Made by a program: the position numbers and the translations under genes. Positions 13,501-25,842 of a stretch of 64,000 bases of DNA are shown piece after piece. The notes under the pieces were generated by a model. That model made no database searches. It was given only the letters and a program-made list of their open reading frames with translations, and was not told where the DNA came from. Position 1 is the stretch's first letter; each line of letters opens with the position of its first letter. Where the stretch lies: contig OX597814.1 of NCBI GenBank assembly GCA_951406725.2, forward strand, positions 215,388,001 to 215,452,000. Direction: 5' to 3'. This DNA is from Octopus vulgaris. Taxonomy: Eukaryota.

Positions 13501-14706
13501 GGAAAATTTTCAAGAATATATGACATCGAGAAATTAGAAATTGGAAGAATGAAAAAAAGTGTAAAAGAAAGGTTATTGTAAAAGATGCTGGAGAAAGATA
13601 GAAAGGATACGGAATTGTGAGTTAATCGGATAAGAGAGGATATAAAGGATAAGAGAGGAAGAGAGAAGTCGATAACGAATTAGATAAAGAACGGACGAGC
13701 AAGGAAGGCATAAGAAATGAAATGGTATTGATAATGTGTAGTGATAGTGAAAAGAAAACCCAGAAAAGAAAGAAGAAAAAAGATTAAATAAAGATGAAAG
13801 TCTCTGAGTCATCGTATGTCACCTGACCTACAGCAAGGAAGGTTATGCAACGAAGTAATGAGAGAGCTAAGGATAGGCAAGTGAGTGAGGCATATTATAA
13901 TAAAGAAGAATATTCTAAACAAAAGGACCTCATTCTACGTTTAAAGAAAACGGAGACACGTTAACGACATTGTCTGGGCTAGGTGTCTGGTGCTTATTAA
14001 TAAAGATGCCCAGAAATGCAGCATATATGAGGAATGGAACTTAATAGAATCTATCAACGTAAAGGGAGATTTATTATTAAAACAACCAGAAATAAAAGAG
14101 TTTTGAAGAATGGCAGTTCACATGAATAGATTGAAGCAAATTACAAAAAAGAAAGAAGAGAAAAAAAGCAAACAAAGCAAAAACGTACGCATGAAAGGTG
14201 TATGAGATTGCAAATGAGAATGTTGAGTCACAGAGTATACCAATCGTCACGTATACGAAAACGAAAGTGGAAGAGCTAAGAAATAACGTGGGAGCAATCA
14301 ATATGTTCAAATTTCCATTCAATTATAGATAATTCATAATTCCTACTTATTTGTTATTAAATGCGAAAAGCAGGTACACGGAAAGAGCATTGAGTGAAAA
14401 GAAGCATCAGAAATTAAAAACAAAATTTAGACCAATATGAATCAATTTAAACAGATCGAAATGCGGTAAAAGGAAAAATGTCTTATAAAAATTTATGGCA
14501 GAATGAAGTTGCTACTTCACTTTATTCTATTTTTTATTCTCTTAATATTTTTGAGAACTCTCTACACCCTAAGTTGTATGTTATTCGAACCCCCAAGTAC
14601 ACTTTTCCAGGCGGACTCTTAAACAATTGTTTTCACTTCCAATGCCGCAAAATTAATGGAGACATGCACCACTTTGCTACGTTCAGTCTCACATATTTCA
14701 CCTCAC

Positions 14707-14709
<3 letters not shown>

Positions 14710-14755
<46 letters not shown>
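14710..14755. repeat. (CT)n microsatellite
   Basis: Direct reading. Confidence 0.95.
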
Positions 14756-14756
<1 letters not shown>

Positions 14757-15720
14757 CCTCTCTGTTTATCTATCACTATCAAAGTATCTCGACCACCTGT
14801 ATCGCACTCTTAGAGCTAGATCTACCGGTTGTACAAAATATTAATCTAGCATATATCTTTTAATCCTATTTTAGATCCCAAAAGTAATTGCTTACATGAC
14901 CCTCGTCAATACATGTTCGTCCAGGTACTTACTAACTTAATAACGTAAGCTTTTCTTTAACATCTCCACAGATGGCTAAATATCTGACAGGAAACTGCAT
15001 CAAACTTTTTTTATTTCTATTAACAATGGAAACCTATTATTGCCAGCTTTTTGCATTATACAAACGAGTCGTTGAAAGATACGGATGGCTCAACATTATT
15101 TAATAGATTTTCGAATGCATTTATTCAACAAAGCAAGCGTATGTGCGTATGTGAGCATATACATAGATACACGTACACTTACATACATACATGCGTGTGT
15201 GCGTGTGTGTGTGCACGCGTGAGTGTGTTCCGTTTTTAATTATTTAAAGTTTACTTGTAAGAAAGGAGCTGCTTTTCAACAAAAATGCAAACCTCCATCG
15301 TTTGAATGCAGATAATAAAACGAATGTCACATTCAGAACATAAGAGAAGTCTTGCATATTTTTACTGTTCCGTTTATAGACTGTATGTCTAGTGTGCGTG
15401 ATAACTAGTTGATTCCTTTTTTTTTTTGAAAACTCTAGCTTTTCCAGATTAGTATTTACTATCGTAATGCAGCCCTTTGTAAGCTTGGTTCAAATTGAAA
15501 GTGTGAAACTATTTTCACTTTCCAATGAAACCTGATCGTTGTAGAGCAGTGTCTTTCGAATAACTATAGCTGGTTGTTGAGCTAACATACAAAATATGTA
15601 AATGAAAATAAATTTTATTTGGTAGCCGAAAGGTTACTGAATCTTTTGATACTTCTTACGTCAAAATCGGAATCTCAGTTTTCGAATGCATAAGGAACAC
15701 ACACACACACACACACACTC

Positions 15721-15757
<37 letters not shown>

Positions 15758-16069
15758 AATATATATAGATAATTAGGGCACCCTGAATTTATCCCAGGAC
15801 AGTTTTTTTTTCGGAATGCATTGTATATTGTTTTAGCGAGGACGTCATGTTGCATTGGGAGGTGGTGTATTTATTTGCATATATATAAATCTAATAGAAT
15901 ATGTATGTACATTACACACACACACACTCACACACTCACACACTCACGCGAACACACATATATATGTATATATGTATGTATTATCTATGTATGCATGTAT
16001 GTATGGGTGTGTTTGTGCTTGTGCTTGTGTATAGGTGTGAGAGTTCTTGGAAGTGTGTGCGAAAATGTC

Positions 16070-16210
16070 AACATTCTAAGTTCAAATTCCGCCGAGATCG
16101 ACTTTGCCTTTCATCTTTTCGAGGTCTATAAAATAAGCACTGGGGACGATATAGTCGACTTTCCTCTCTCCCGAAATTGCTGGCCTTGTGACAAAAGTTG
16201 AAACAAATGA
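16070..16210 (+). mobile_element. Family A SINE, 5'-truncated
   Basis: gttcaaattccgccgagatcgactttgcctttcatc...ctggggacgat...ggccttgtg. Confidence 0.8.
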
Positions 16211-16429
16211 TAAGGGAAATAAACGAAAAGCTACAAGTATTAATGTTTGTTTTTTTGTTTCATGTTGTTCCTATTCAGAGATATATAATGTCTGAATTTG
16301 TCCTAAGGAAATGGTAGACCACTGCTTATCTTACCATTTTATTATATTTCTTAGAGCTGATGTCTGGCGCCAGGAAGCCAATTTTTGTATTCAATTCACA
16401 TCTCATTTTTCTGTTAGTAATATAAATAA

Positions 16430-16585
16430 AGCAATAATTTTGGAACAAAGCTAGTAATTTTAGGGAAACCGTGCAAGTCGATTATATCAATACCTGATGA
16501 TTGCTATATTTTAACGACTACTAAAGGATTAAAAGCAAAGTTGACTTCAGCCTTATTTGAACTCAGAACCTGAAGAACCAGAGAA
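16430..16585 (-). mobile_element. Degenerate family A SINE
   Basis: aagtcgattatatc...aaaggattaaaagcaaagttgac...atttgaactcagaac. Confidence 0.6.
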
Positions 16586-16586
16586 A

Positions 16587-17020
16587 TGCTTGTCAGTTAT
16601 TTGACCTTAACCAGTTGAGCATATTTCTAAGTGGCTGACGATATGTGTATCTCTGATCACGAGCAGAAGTAGTGGGGGAGCATCATAGCCATGTGTTGAG
16701 AGGACTTCTTTGGGGTTTGGATAATTCACCTCTGGAAACATGGGTGTTTCGTTCAACATCCTGAAACAACTCTTAGTCAGGGACCCTTTGAGCGGGATGG
16801 GCTAGTAGACCCGGAGAAAAAATTCTAACTGGATCCCACCTGCAAGGTCATGCACTATTATCTTGATATGTGAACACCATGTTGCGCAGATATGGTTGTG
16901 ATGCATGTGCCTGGTGTACCCTTATCAGACTGGTAGTCATGATGGGTATACTGGGCTTCGTATATTTGTACTCCAGTGTCACTTTGGTGACATGCACGAC
17001 TCTCTCAATCAATTATAATG
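16587..17020 (+). mobile_element. Repeat family E, likely 3' end of a TAA-tailed non-LTR retrotransposon
   Basis: About 430 bp colinear with the reverse complement of 37403-37875 (gaccttaaccagttgagcat...gtagtcatga.gggtatactggg...ctctctca); ends in a taat-type tail. Confidence 0.7.
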
Positions 17021-18616
17021 ATCTCAAATTTTGGCGCAAAGCCAGCCTTTTCCTCGTAGAAGTTAATAACTATATAGTCTTCTAAAATATTGAACAATCC
17101 TTCATATTAATGTGAAATAGTTTTTGTACATTACTTCACACAAAAAAAACAAACAATGGTTAATATATATGTATTAGTTCTGCAAACAGTCTGAGCCACT
17201 GTGAGTTCTGGCCAAGCTGGAACACTGTTTCATGTGTTGCATTTTGTTTGAGTTTAGTCTCTATATTGTATTTCTGATATTTCTGTGTTATGCATATCAT
17301 TGTAGCAGGTGGAGCAATGCCTTCCTCGTGACTGGTCAATTATAATTAGCTAGAATTACACATCACTGATTAACGATATTGTAGGATGTAGAGAGAAGCG
17401 CTCTTTGCATACAGTGTTTCGTGATGAGAGGGTAAAATAGTAGAAATGTATATCATTGTATTTATTGTAAAATGTTTTTAATTTATTACTTTCTATTTGG
17501 GAGGGTAGAGTTTTGCAAGTGACATGATTACTGTTTCTATCAGGTCGATAAATTACGTAGACACTGAGAGAGAAGTGAAGAAACTCACAATCTCGCCTTA
17601 CTAATTGCTATGTTGTTTGATGGCTATCACCCCAAATGCAAAACATTATCAATAGGTATCGAATACACAGAAGCATTATGTGGTAAATGTGTTACAGATT
17701 ATTTAACAATCTACGCATCATATAATCTATTAGTTTTAAAAGTTATCATTTACAATGATTTTGTTCATTCTGTCAATTTCCTGTTGAATACAGTTAAGTT
17801 TCGATTCGTTTCCGTTTGCTATCACGTCATCTATCGAGGATATCATTCTTATTTTGATACGTCTAGCCTTTGGTGAATATTAGAGATTGATATTAAGCTG
17901 TCTATCCAGCCTCATTCACTTATCAGAATCGGCATCACATAGTGTGTGATTCGGTTAGTCCTTGGAGTTACAGGTACAACTTATCCAACGAGTATCCCGT
18001 CTGTTTCTGCCAATCAAGTTTTATTCACTAAACTTGGGTCAACTAGAACCGTTCCTATGTACTATAATCTCTGTTGATTTTGTTAGAATCATCTCTCTCG
18101 CTTAATTTTTGGACTTTAAACCTTCGTAGTAAGGTTTTAGTAATTGCATGGATAATCTCATTTATATAAAAGAGTGAATGCTTGAAATATAGTGTTTAAT
18201 ATTTTAATTATATCACCATTTGCTAACTTACCAAAGTTGCAAATTAACCGGCCTCATAGGGTGTTAGACTATAAACTGGAGGGTAGATAGTTTTTTATAA
18301 TCAGTAGGCACAGATTAAGTAGTTTTACATTATGTTTATAGTTAAGACATTTAATTTAATTTCACTCACTAGTTAGCAGCGGGAATACTGCGTCGATCTA
18401 GCTTTTCATAGGTACAATGCAAGCTTTCTGGCACAAATTAAAGTCCATAGAATTGATCCCAGTATGTTATTGAGTTCTTTTACTACTGTTACAGTGTTGT
18501 TGATAATTAAAATTGAACCCGAAACAATTGGGACTCGGGGCACAAATGGAAGGAACTCATTGCTCTAAAACATGAGCATTCCGTGTTTTCCTTTCAGAGA
18601 GTGTATCGGGATTATA

Positions 18617-18821
18617 CTGGTTTCAAATTTTGGCACAGGGTCAGAAATTTCGAGGAAAGAGTAATTCAATTACATCGACCCCAGTGCTCAACTGATGCTT
18701 TTTTTGTTTTATCGGCTTAGAAAGGATGAAAGGCAAAGTCGACCGCGATACGTAAAGACGAATGAAACGTCGCTATGCATTTTACCCGGCGTGCTAACGA
18801 TTCTGCTAACTCACCGCCTTA
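18617..18821 (-). mobile_element. Family A SINE with internal deletion
   Basis: aaaggatgaaaggcaaagtcgacc; head cccggcgtgctaacgattctgc; approximate TSD tatc(g/a)ggattata(c/t)tg. Confidence 0.8.
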
Positions 18822-18991
18822 TATCAGGATTATATTGACCAAAGATTTCTTCCTGCTTCTTTTAAGATGATAAGATTCGAATAAGATTAGGTTGATATTA
18901 GTTGCCATATAAATGGGAACGTAAAGGCCCCTTATAACTGACTTCGTTAGCTCAGTGAGATTCCCTCTTTAGCTCGATGAAAACTTGCAAG

Positions 18992-19415
18992 GGATCTTTT
19001 CGATTTGAACGGTAGTTTTTAACATAATTTCTAGGTAACCAAAATAGTTTAAACTTCGTATACTGGTAGAATGTGTTTATAAAACATCTTTTTCTCTTGG
19101 CTTTATTGAGAAAATTCTATATTTGTAAGATATTTGTTGTTTTTTTCTTCTTCAATTTCTGCAATTTCAACCAATCACTGACGTCTATTGAGGTAAAATA
19201 CATTCTGTGCCGTATGAATATGTCCCTCGTTTAAGAAACAGATTGGGTTTATTTACATTTCTGAAGAAAAAAATATACCCTTCCCCCCACCCCTAACCCT
19301 AACCCTAACACTAAAACAGATTGAAATGCAATAGATCGATACTAGGGTCATAATTATGGGTGACAATTTCATATGACACCGCTAGAAAAAACGGCCGTTG
19401 AAACCGAAAAGATCC
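18992..19415. mobile_element. MITE with about 29-bp TIRs (GGATCTTTT termini, possibly Merlin-related)
   Basis: Left ggatcttttcgatttgaacggtagttttt versus reverse complement of right end ggatcttttcggtttcaacggccgttttt; internal (CCCTAA)3 at 19291-19308. Confidence 0.8.
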
Positions 19416-19805
19416 GAGTACAGTTTTATTGCCTCCATTCCACGTTCCTCTTTTAAGGTGCAGTTTAAATAAATACCTCCAGAACTTATAATTAATGTAT
19501 CTCTTGTAGAAAGATTTAGAAACAGATCACTTTTCGATTTTTAATACATATGGACATTTTTTTAATACTAATATGAACTCACATTCTAATAGCAGGAAGA
19601 TATTCCCACAAAAATATTATCTACATGATAATGGATAAAATATTTCGTGATACTCTCTGTCAATTCCAAATCATTCATTGCTATTCTCATTTAGATTTTT
19701 TTTTAAATAAAACTCATTATATTTGCTTAATATGTGCTTCCATTTCCAGAAATTATTTTTAATAATTTTATATAAATATATACGTAGAAAACACCTATAT
19801 ATCAA

Positions 19806-19824
19806 CACACACACATACACACAC

Positions 19825-19910
<86 letters not shown>
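19806..19910. repeat. (CA)n microsatellite
   Basis: Direct reading. Confidence 0.95.
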
Positions 19911-20438
19911 GGATGCAAGTAAGTACACCTATATTCTTATATTCGTGTGAATATTTGCAAAAATACAATGGACTGTAGTACTAACAACAAATAACGAATA
20001 ATAAAGAACGATGTGTCTGCTTACAAATTCAATCGTGTTCTTGTAAAATATATTCTATTCCGAACAATGTAATGTCGTTTTTTTTTTCTGCTTGAATATG
20101 CACTAAATATTTACATATTTATAATTGGATACCTATGTCTATTTATGTATATTCTTATTGCATTTACGAGGTATATATCTATGACATACAATCTCTCCAT
20201 ATCTCCATCCCTCTCTCTCTCTCTCTCTCTATCTCTGTCTGTCTGCCTGCCTCTCTGTCTCCGTCTGTCTGTTTATCTCTCTCTCTATCTCTCAGTCTCC
20301 AGTCACACATACATCTATGCTTGCGGGTTCATACTGGTGTGAATTGCAATTAAGTACAAATAAACAAAAAAGAATACTTAATATTGTTAGGCTGAGTGGA
20401 AAACATTATCTTTCCAATGAAACGATGAGTACCAAGTA

Positions 20439-20538
20439 TCAGCACACGTACATGTTCCTGTTTGTGGGCACACACGCACACACACACACACACACACATG
20501 TGTGTGTGCCCACAAACATACACATGTACGTCTGCTGA
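20439..20538. repeat. Imperfect palindrome centred on a (CA)n/(TG)n switch
   Basis: tcagcacacgtacatgttcctgtttgtgggcacacac ... gtgtgtgcccacaaacatacacatgtacgtctgctga. Confidence 0.8.
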
Positions 20539-20622
20539 GGTTGGTGGTCCGGAATAATGATAGTTATTCCGCCTCCATCTTCAGGGGAGAATTTTACATT
20601 TGATGTGTTAGCAGGATGGAGT

Positions 20623-20782
20623 AGGCTTCTTTCAATTTCGCTCTTCCAAATCCACTCACAAGGATTTGGTCGGCCCGAGGCTTTAATAAATGATACTTGC
20701 TCAAGGTGCCACGCTGTGGGACTGAATCTTGAATTATACAGTTGGGAAGCAAGCTTCTTACCACACAGCCACGCCTGCGCCT
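20623..20782 (-). mobile_element. SINE family C, 5' half
   Basis: Reverse complement of ggcgcaggcgtggctgtgtggtaag...gcaccttgagcaagt...cctcgggccgaccaaa. Confidence 0.85.
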
Positions 20783-21481
20783 ATTATATGTGTGTGTGTA
20801 TATATATATATACACACACATGCACACACACACACACATATATCCGTCTAATGTATATAATGTAAATAATGTACATAATTCCTCATCTCTTAAATATATT
20901 GAACTGTATTATCTAATTGCATGTCCAGCATCTAATGGACATGCATATTCATAATGTGTCTGCTGTGTTTATTTGGTATCTGAGATTTGTATATTTAAGT
21001 GGGAATTCAATTAATTTTGGGTGTTGCCTTTTACGGACTGCTATAGATATACATGTTATGTACATTTTGAAACATTTACGAAAAATTTCCGATCCATGCC
21101 TTTCTATGTCATATTGTCAGTGTAGAGATCCGTGATGCGACAATTTGTAAACGACTATTCCTCTTACTCTTTCTCTTTGTGTTGTACACCATGGAGCAAG
21201 ATTTTGGAGAATCTTCCACATATGTCAGGATATCATTCCTGCTAACGTTCCAAAGAGTAGACACGCTATGCGTGGTGGATTCTCCGTTAATTCCAGAATA
21301 AGCCGTTGGATATTTCTGGTGAATATTATTTACAATGTCTACAGGTGGTAGGCAAAACATAGGCTGTACATGAAAATATTAAAAACTCGCGTTCGGGCAC
21401 ACAGAATATCTTTATTCTTGATATGTATATGCACATACACATGCATACACACACGCTTATGTATTTTGTTCTAGTGTGTGC

Positions 21482-21517
<36 letters not shown>

Positions 21518-22324
21518 CCATCTATTCATCTGTCTGTCTGTCTATATATGCATGTATATTTATTTATGTGTGTTTGTATACATGTAACTGCGAAAGTATA
21601 TTGCATTAGTTATAATGTAGTTCTGAGCATTCTGTAAGTAACTGGTGACATCAGGCAACCATGTATTATTGGGAATTCAACTTTGTTCTACGTTCATAAT
21701 ACATACCTAAATGTATGTAATCGTGTGTGTGTGGTATGTGGTGTCCATGTGTGTATGTGCGTGGATGTGTGAGTGCATTTGTACGTGTGTGTGCACACAT
21801 GTATGTATGTTTGTACGTATATTTCAAAGTCTGGATATGTAGGTAAAGTAACAATGGTAATCAGCTTAATGCGTGTTTCTAGTTTGTTGACCCACTCGGT
21901 ATTCAGTATAATGAAGCCGAATCTCGTTATAAAAAACGTATCATAGTGGAACATGTATTCCATATCACAGATTACTGTAAAAATATCTTGCATTGTATTA
22001 CATAAATAGGAAGCATGCTTTGCGTAAGAAAAGCAAATTGAATCTCTTAAGGCATTTTTCTTACATAGGCTGACTCGTGCATCTAACTTTAAATTGTATT
22101 AGAAAGTAAGTCAGCAAGGTTCCACGTGTTCTTGTAAGAAATGCTTGTTTTGAACAGTGTAGCTTGCTGACAGTTATTTAACTTTGTCTCTAAGCATAGT
22201 TCATGGAGTCAGAATTTTCATTGTCACAAGTCCGTTATATTTAACATCAGTCTAATTTTTTCGTATTTGATCAGTATTTATCTACCTCACTATTATTTAG
22301 TATAAAGCCTGAGTTAACACTGTA

Positions 22325-22931
22325 CAGGGTGAGTCAGAATTCAAGCACAAAATAAGTTCAATACACTCCGGAATTGTCAAAGACATATTTCAATTTTTCT
22401 AAATTTGAATAAAATAAATAAAATTATGATGAATACTCACGTACTTGTACATGATGAACAAAATCAATAATAATAATTATAATAATAACAACGTAATCTC
22501 TCTCTATATATAAAGCTGAAGTTGTCTGTGTATGGCAGGTTTGGTAGCCTTCAACTAACACTATCTCCTTTGAGACCCTGCGGTGCAAGTCGACCAAAAT
22601 TGAGAGTATGATAGAAGAAGGCTTGCTCTTCCTTCCGTAGAAGAAAAAATTCAAATCAAACCATGTTAACTTGTTTACATAAAAAAGTACTTTTTTTCTA
22701 TGAAAATCTTTATTTTTTACGATTTTTTGACTGATGTGTCGCCATTTTTCGGTGTATTACAACCAGAAAAATGTTCACTTAAAGAGAATAACAAGCTACA
22801 TAATGCAATTTTTTTTCTTTTCAAAAATTTTAATTCTAAAGGGTCGAAACAAACTCGAGCAACGCCGGGCGATACTGCTAGAATGCATAAAATGTGAAAC
22901 GTTTTGGTGCCTGACTTGTTGGCCCACCCTG
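22325..22931. mobile_element. Tc1/mariner-type MITE interrupted by a Helitron
   Basis: TA|cagggtgagtcagaattcaagcac ... gtgcctgacttgttggcccaccctg|TA. Confidence 0.7.
22497..22881 (+). mobile_element. Non-autonomous Helitron-like element
   Basis: 5' A|TCTCTCTCTATATATAAAG.TGAAGTTG; 3' cgagcaacgccgggcgatactgCTAG identical to the end of 58270-58668. Confidence 0.85.
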
Positions 22932-23239
22932 TATTTCATTTTTAAAAAGAAATATTTGCGTTCAGTTATCATTTAAACGCTTCTATGCTCAAGAATAATT
23001 TCTTTCTCGATTTTTACTTTCAAACCAAAACTAAATATACATTTGAAATTGGATTGTTTTGTTAAGCATAGTTGTGATGCGAATGCGAAATAAAATGAAA
23101 TATGCAGCGAGAACTGTGGAGCAAGGATTAATCTGTCATACTTCAATTCTAGGTTGAGCGCTTTCCAGTCTAATTATATCGCTAAAAAATTCAGGAAATT
23201 CACAAACGTCATGATACGTCGAGTACCTGATGAAGACTT

Positions 23240-23430
23240 AACGTGGTTGCTATATCTATTAGTAATAGCTGCCTAATAACATTCAATGGACACTGTCCTA
23301 CTAATGATTTCTTTTGAATAATCTAGTCCGGCGTACACTATTAGTCGAAAATAAACAGACGATACGTGTCATGACCTGAATGCTTTTGATCGTAGGCCTG
23401 TTCGGTCAACGTTGACTTGGTGTTAACCGG
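23240..23430. repeat. Family F dispersed repeat, inverted relative to 10600-10765
   Basis: Reverse complement gatcaaaagcattcaggtcatgac matches the family motif. Confidence 0.35.
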
Positions 23431-23464
23431 TTTCAATGGTGCGCACTACACTATATACTGTCAA

Positions 23465-23850
23465 GTGGAGGCGCAATGGCCCAGTGGTTAGGGCGGCGGA
23501 CTCGCGGTCGTAGGATCGCGGTTTCGATTCCCAGACCGGGCGTTGTGAGTGTTTATTGAGCGAAAACACCTAAAAGCTCCACGAGGCTCCGGCCGGGGAT
23601 GGTGGTGATCCCTGCTATACACTTTCACCACAACTTTCTCTCACTCTTACTTCCTGTTTCTGTTGTACCTGTACTTCAAAGGGCCGGCCTTGTCACTCTC
23701 TGTGTCACGCTGAATATCCCCGAGAACTACGTTAAGGGTACACGTGTCTGTGGAGTGCTCAGCCACTTACACGTTAATTTCACGAGCAGGCTGTTCCGTT
23801 GATTCGGATCAACCGGAACCCTCGTCGTCGTAACCGACGGAGTGCTTCCA
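23465..23850 (+). mobile_element. tRNA-derived SINE family B, tail 1, full length
   Basis: A box tggcccagtggttagg and B box ggtttcgattccc; near-identical to 28294-28679 and 45815-46200. Confidence 0.95.
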
Positions 23851-23871
23851 CCAAATATAGTCAAATTCTCT

Positions 23872-23941
23872 ATCCATCCATCCATCCATTCATCCATCCA
23901 TCCATCCGTCCGTCCGTCCGTCCATCCATCCATCCATCCGT

Positions 23942-23975
<34 letters not shown>

Positions 23976-24092
23976 GTCCATCCGTCCAAACGTCCGTCCG
24001 TCCGTCCGTCCGTCCGTCCGTCCTTCCATCCATCCATCCATCCATCCATCCATCCACCCACCCATCCGTCCATCCGTCCGTCCGTCCGTCCA
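23872..24092. repeat. (CCAT)/(CCGT) tetranucleotide microsatellite
   Basis: Direct reading; explains five spurious ORFs. Confidence 0.95.
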
Positions 24093-24952
24093 TCATCACC
24101 GCTGCACGACGATTATTAATTTTATGAAGTAATTAGTGACGGAAATAGACTGAATAGCGTTCAACCTAGGATAGAAGTATTATAGATTAATTCTTACTCA
24201 GCAGTTCTCACTACATTCGTGAGTGGATCGTGATGGGTAGAAGCCTCCAGAGAGTCCTATCAGAAGTAAACGTCAGCAAATTACCCGGCCGTATCATTTC
24301 CCGTCATCTAAAATGAAATCTGTTATGCTTCATTAGACATAAGTAGTAATTATCATAACAATACGTTATTGAATATTGTGAATTAGCATCCCTTTGTTGA
24401 ACACATTGTGAATAAAAGCGAACAAACAAACCAAAAAACTTTCAGCCATCGAATATAAAACGGATCCAAGTTATTAATCAATGATTTAGGTTTTGTTTTG
24501 ATGATTTATTGTAAAGGAAAATCAGCCGATTCTTCGAAGTCCGGTTTACTAGTACTGCTTTGCCCTGTGCTGTCTTTAGCGGAGTTCGGTGTGTAGCAAG
24601 CATTCAAAACCAGAGCCTCAGGCATTCATTGTCCTAAATGAGCATCAGCCGTATCAGTCTGGAAGGACCTGCAAAACTGAAGGGCAGTGTTCTATTTATT
24701 TCATAAAAATGTATAGCTACAAATTTTCTGATATATATGGTTTTTGTTAGAAATTTAGAACAAGTAGCAGACTTGAATGCTTGGACTGAATGCTCGAACT
24801 TGAATGCTTGGACTTGCATGCTCGGCTAAACCCTTCAATATGCTGGTCAAGTACGGTCCCTGTCCAATAAGATAATTAAGGCATTAAAAATATAGGTGTG
24901 CTCATATGCACGCGCGCTTACACACACACACAAATATATATACATATATATG

Positions 24953-25004
<52 letters not shown>

Positions 25005-25006
<2 letters not shown>

Positions 25007-25201
25007 ATCAAAAGTAAGGGAGAAAAAATTGGATATAAATTTAATAATAACATCAATTTAACACCAAGTGGTTTAGCGCATAAAAATCTGGGATACAGTA
25101 AAAATTAATGCACCAATATAAGAGAGTGTCCCCTATGTGGTCGCTCTTGCGGATCAATTTTTAGCGCAAGAGCGACCACATAGTGGACACTCTCTTATAT
25201 T
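25005..25201. mobile_element. Fold-back insertion between (TA)n tracts
   Basis: Arms 25115-25151 and 25165-25201, 37 bp with 1 mismatch, 13-nt loop. Confidence 0.7.
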
Positions 25202-25220
25202 TGTGTATGTATATATATAT

Positions 25221-25403
25221 AACAATTGCAGCGTGGAAGGTGTTTGTAAGCCATTTAAGAAACACACAAAAGCCGTTCGAAGTGAATCGAACGGCTTTTG
25301 TGTGTTTCTTAAATGGCTTACAAACACCTTCCACGCTGCAATTGTTTTCGTTTCAGCACACGATCTCAGATCAAATCACTTGCTATGCAAGTACATCTCC
25401 GTA
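25221..25403. mobile_element. Fold-back insertion with a perfect 60-bp hairpin between (TA)n tracts
   Basis: 25221-25280 is the exact reverse complement of 25287-25346; loop agtgaa. Confidence 0.8.
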
Positions 25404-25622
25404 ATATATATATATATGTATGTATATATATGAACAAACACACATACATAATACGACGTACTTTCAGTCAATCACATTTCACGCACAGGGCATTAATCGA
25501 CAAGTGGTTTGGTAGAAAGCCCTTCTCTAAGGTGATGAACCGCCAAGCAAACTGGAAAACTAATAAAGTGAACTTCATTACTCTTAAGATAAAACATTCA
25601 TTTAACTCAATAATTATTAAAT

Positions 25623-25842
25623 AAGGTTTGTGAGTTGGCAGAATCGTTAGTTCACCGGGCGAAATCCTTAGCCGTATTTCGTCTGTTTTTACGTTCTGAG
25701 TTCAACTTCCGCCAAGGTCGACTTAACCTTTCGTCTTTTCGGAGTCGATAAATTAAGTACCAGTTGCATAACTGGGATCGATCTAATCGACTGGACCCCC
25801 TCCCCCAAAATTTCGGGCCTTGTACCTAGAGTAGAAAAGATT
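25623..25842 (+). mobile_element. Family A SINE, full length, tail A1
   Basis: tggcagaatcgttag...gttctgagttcaa...gtcgataaattaagtaccag...ggccttgtacctagagtagaaaagatt. Confidence 0.9.

Noticed and set aside
19291-19314. Telomeric repeats suggesting a chromosome end or fusion
   Set aside because: Only 3-4 units, internal to a MITE
23467-23542. tRNA-like sequences at SINE 5' ends (also 28296, 46125-46198, 54330-54403)
   Set aside because: They are heads of multi-copy SINEs with bodies, tails and TSDs, not stand-alone tRNA genes
24500-24670. Minus-strand acceptor ttttgcAG followed by GC-richer sequence
   Set aside because: All three frames hit stops within 15 codons and no donor was found
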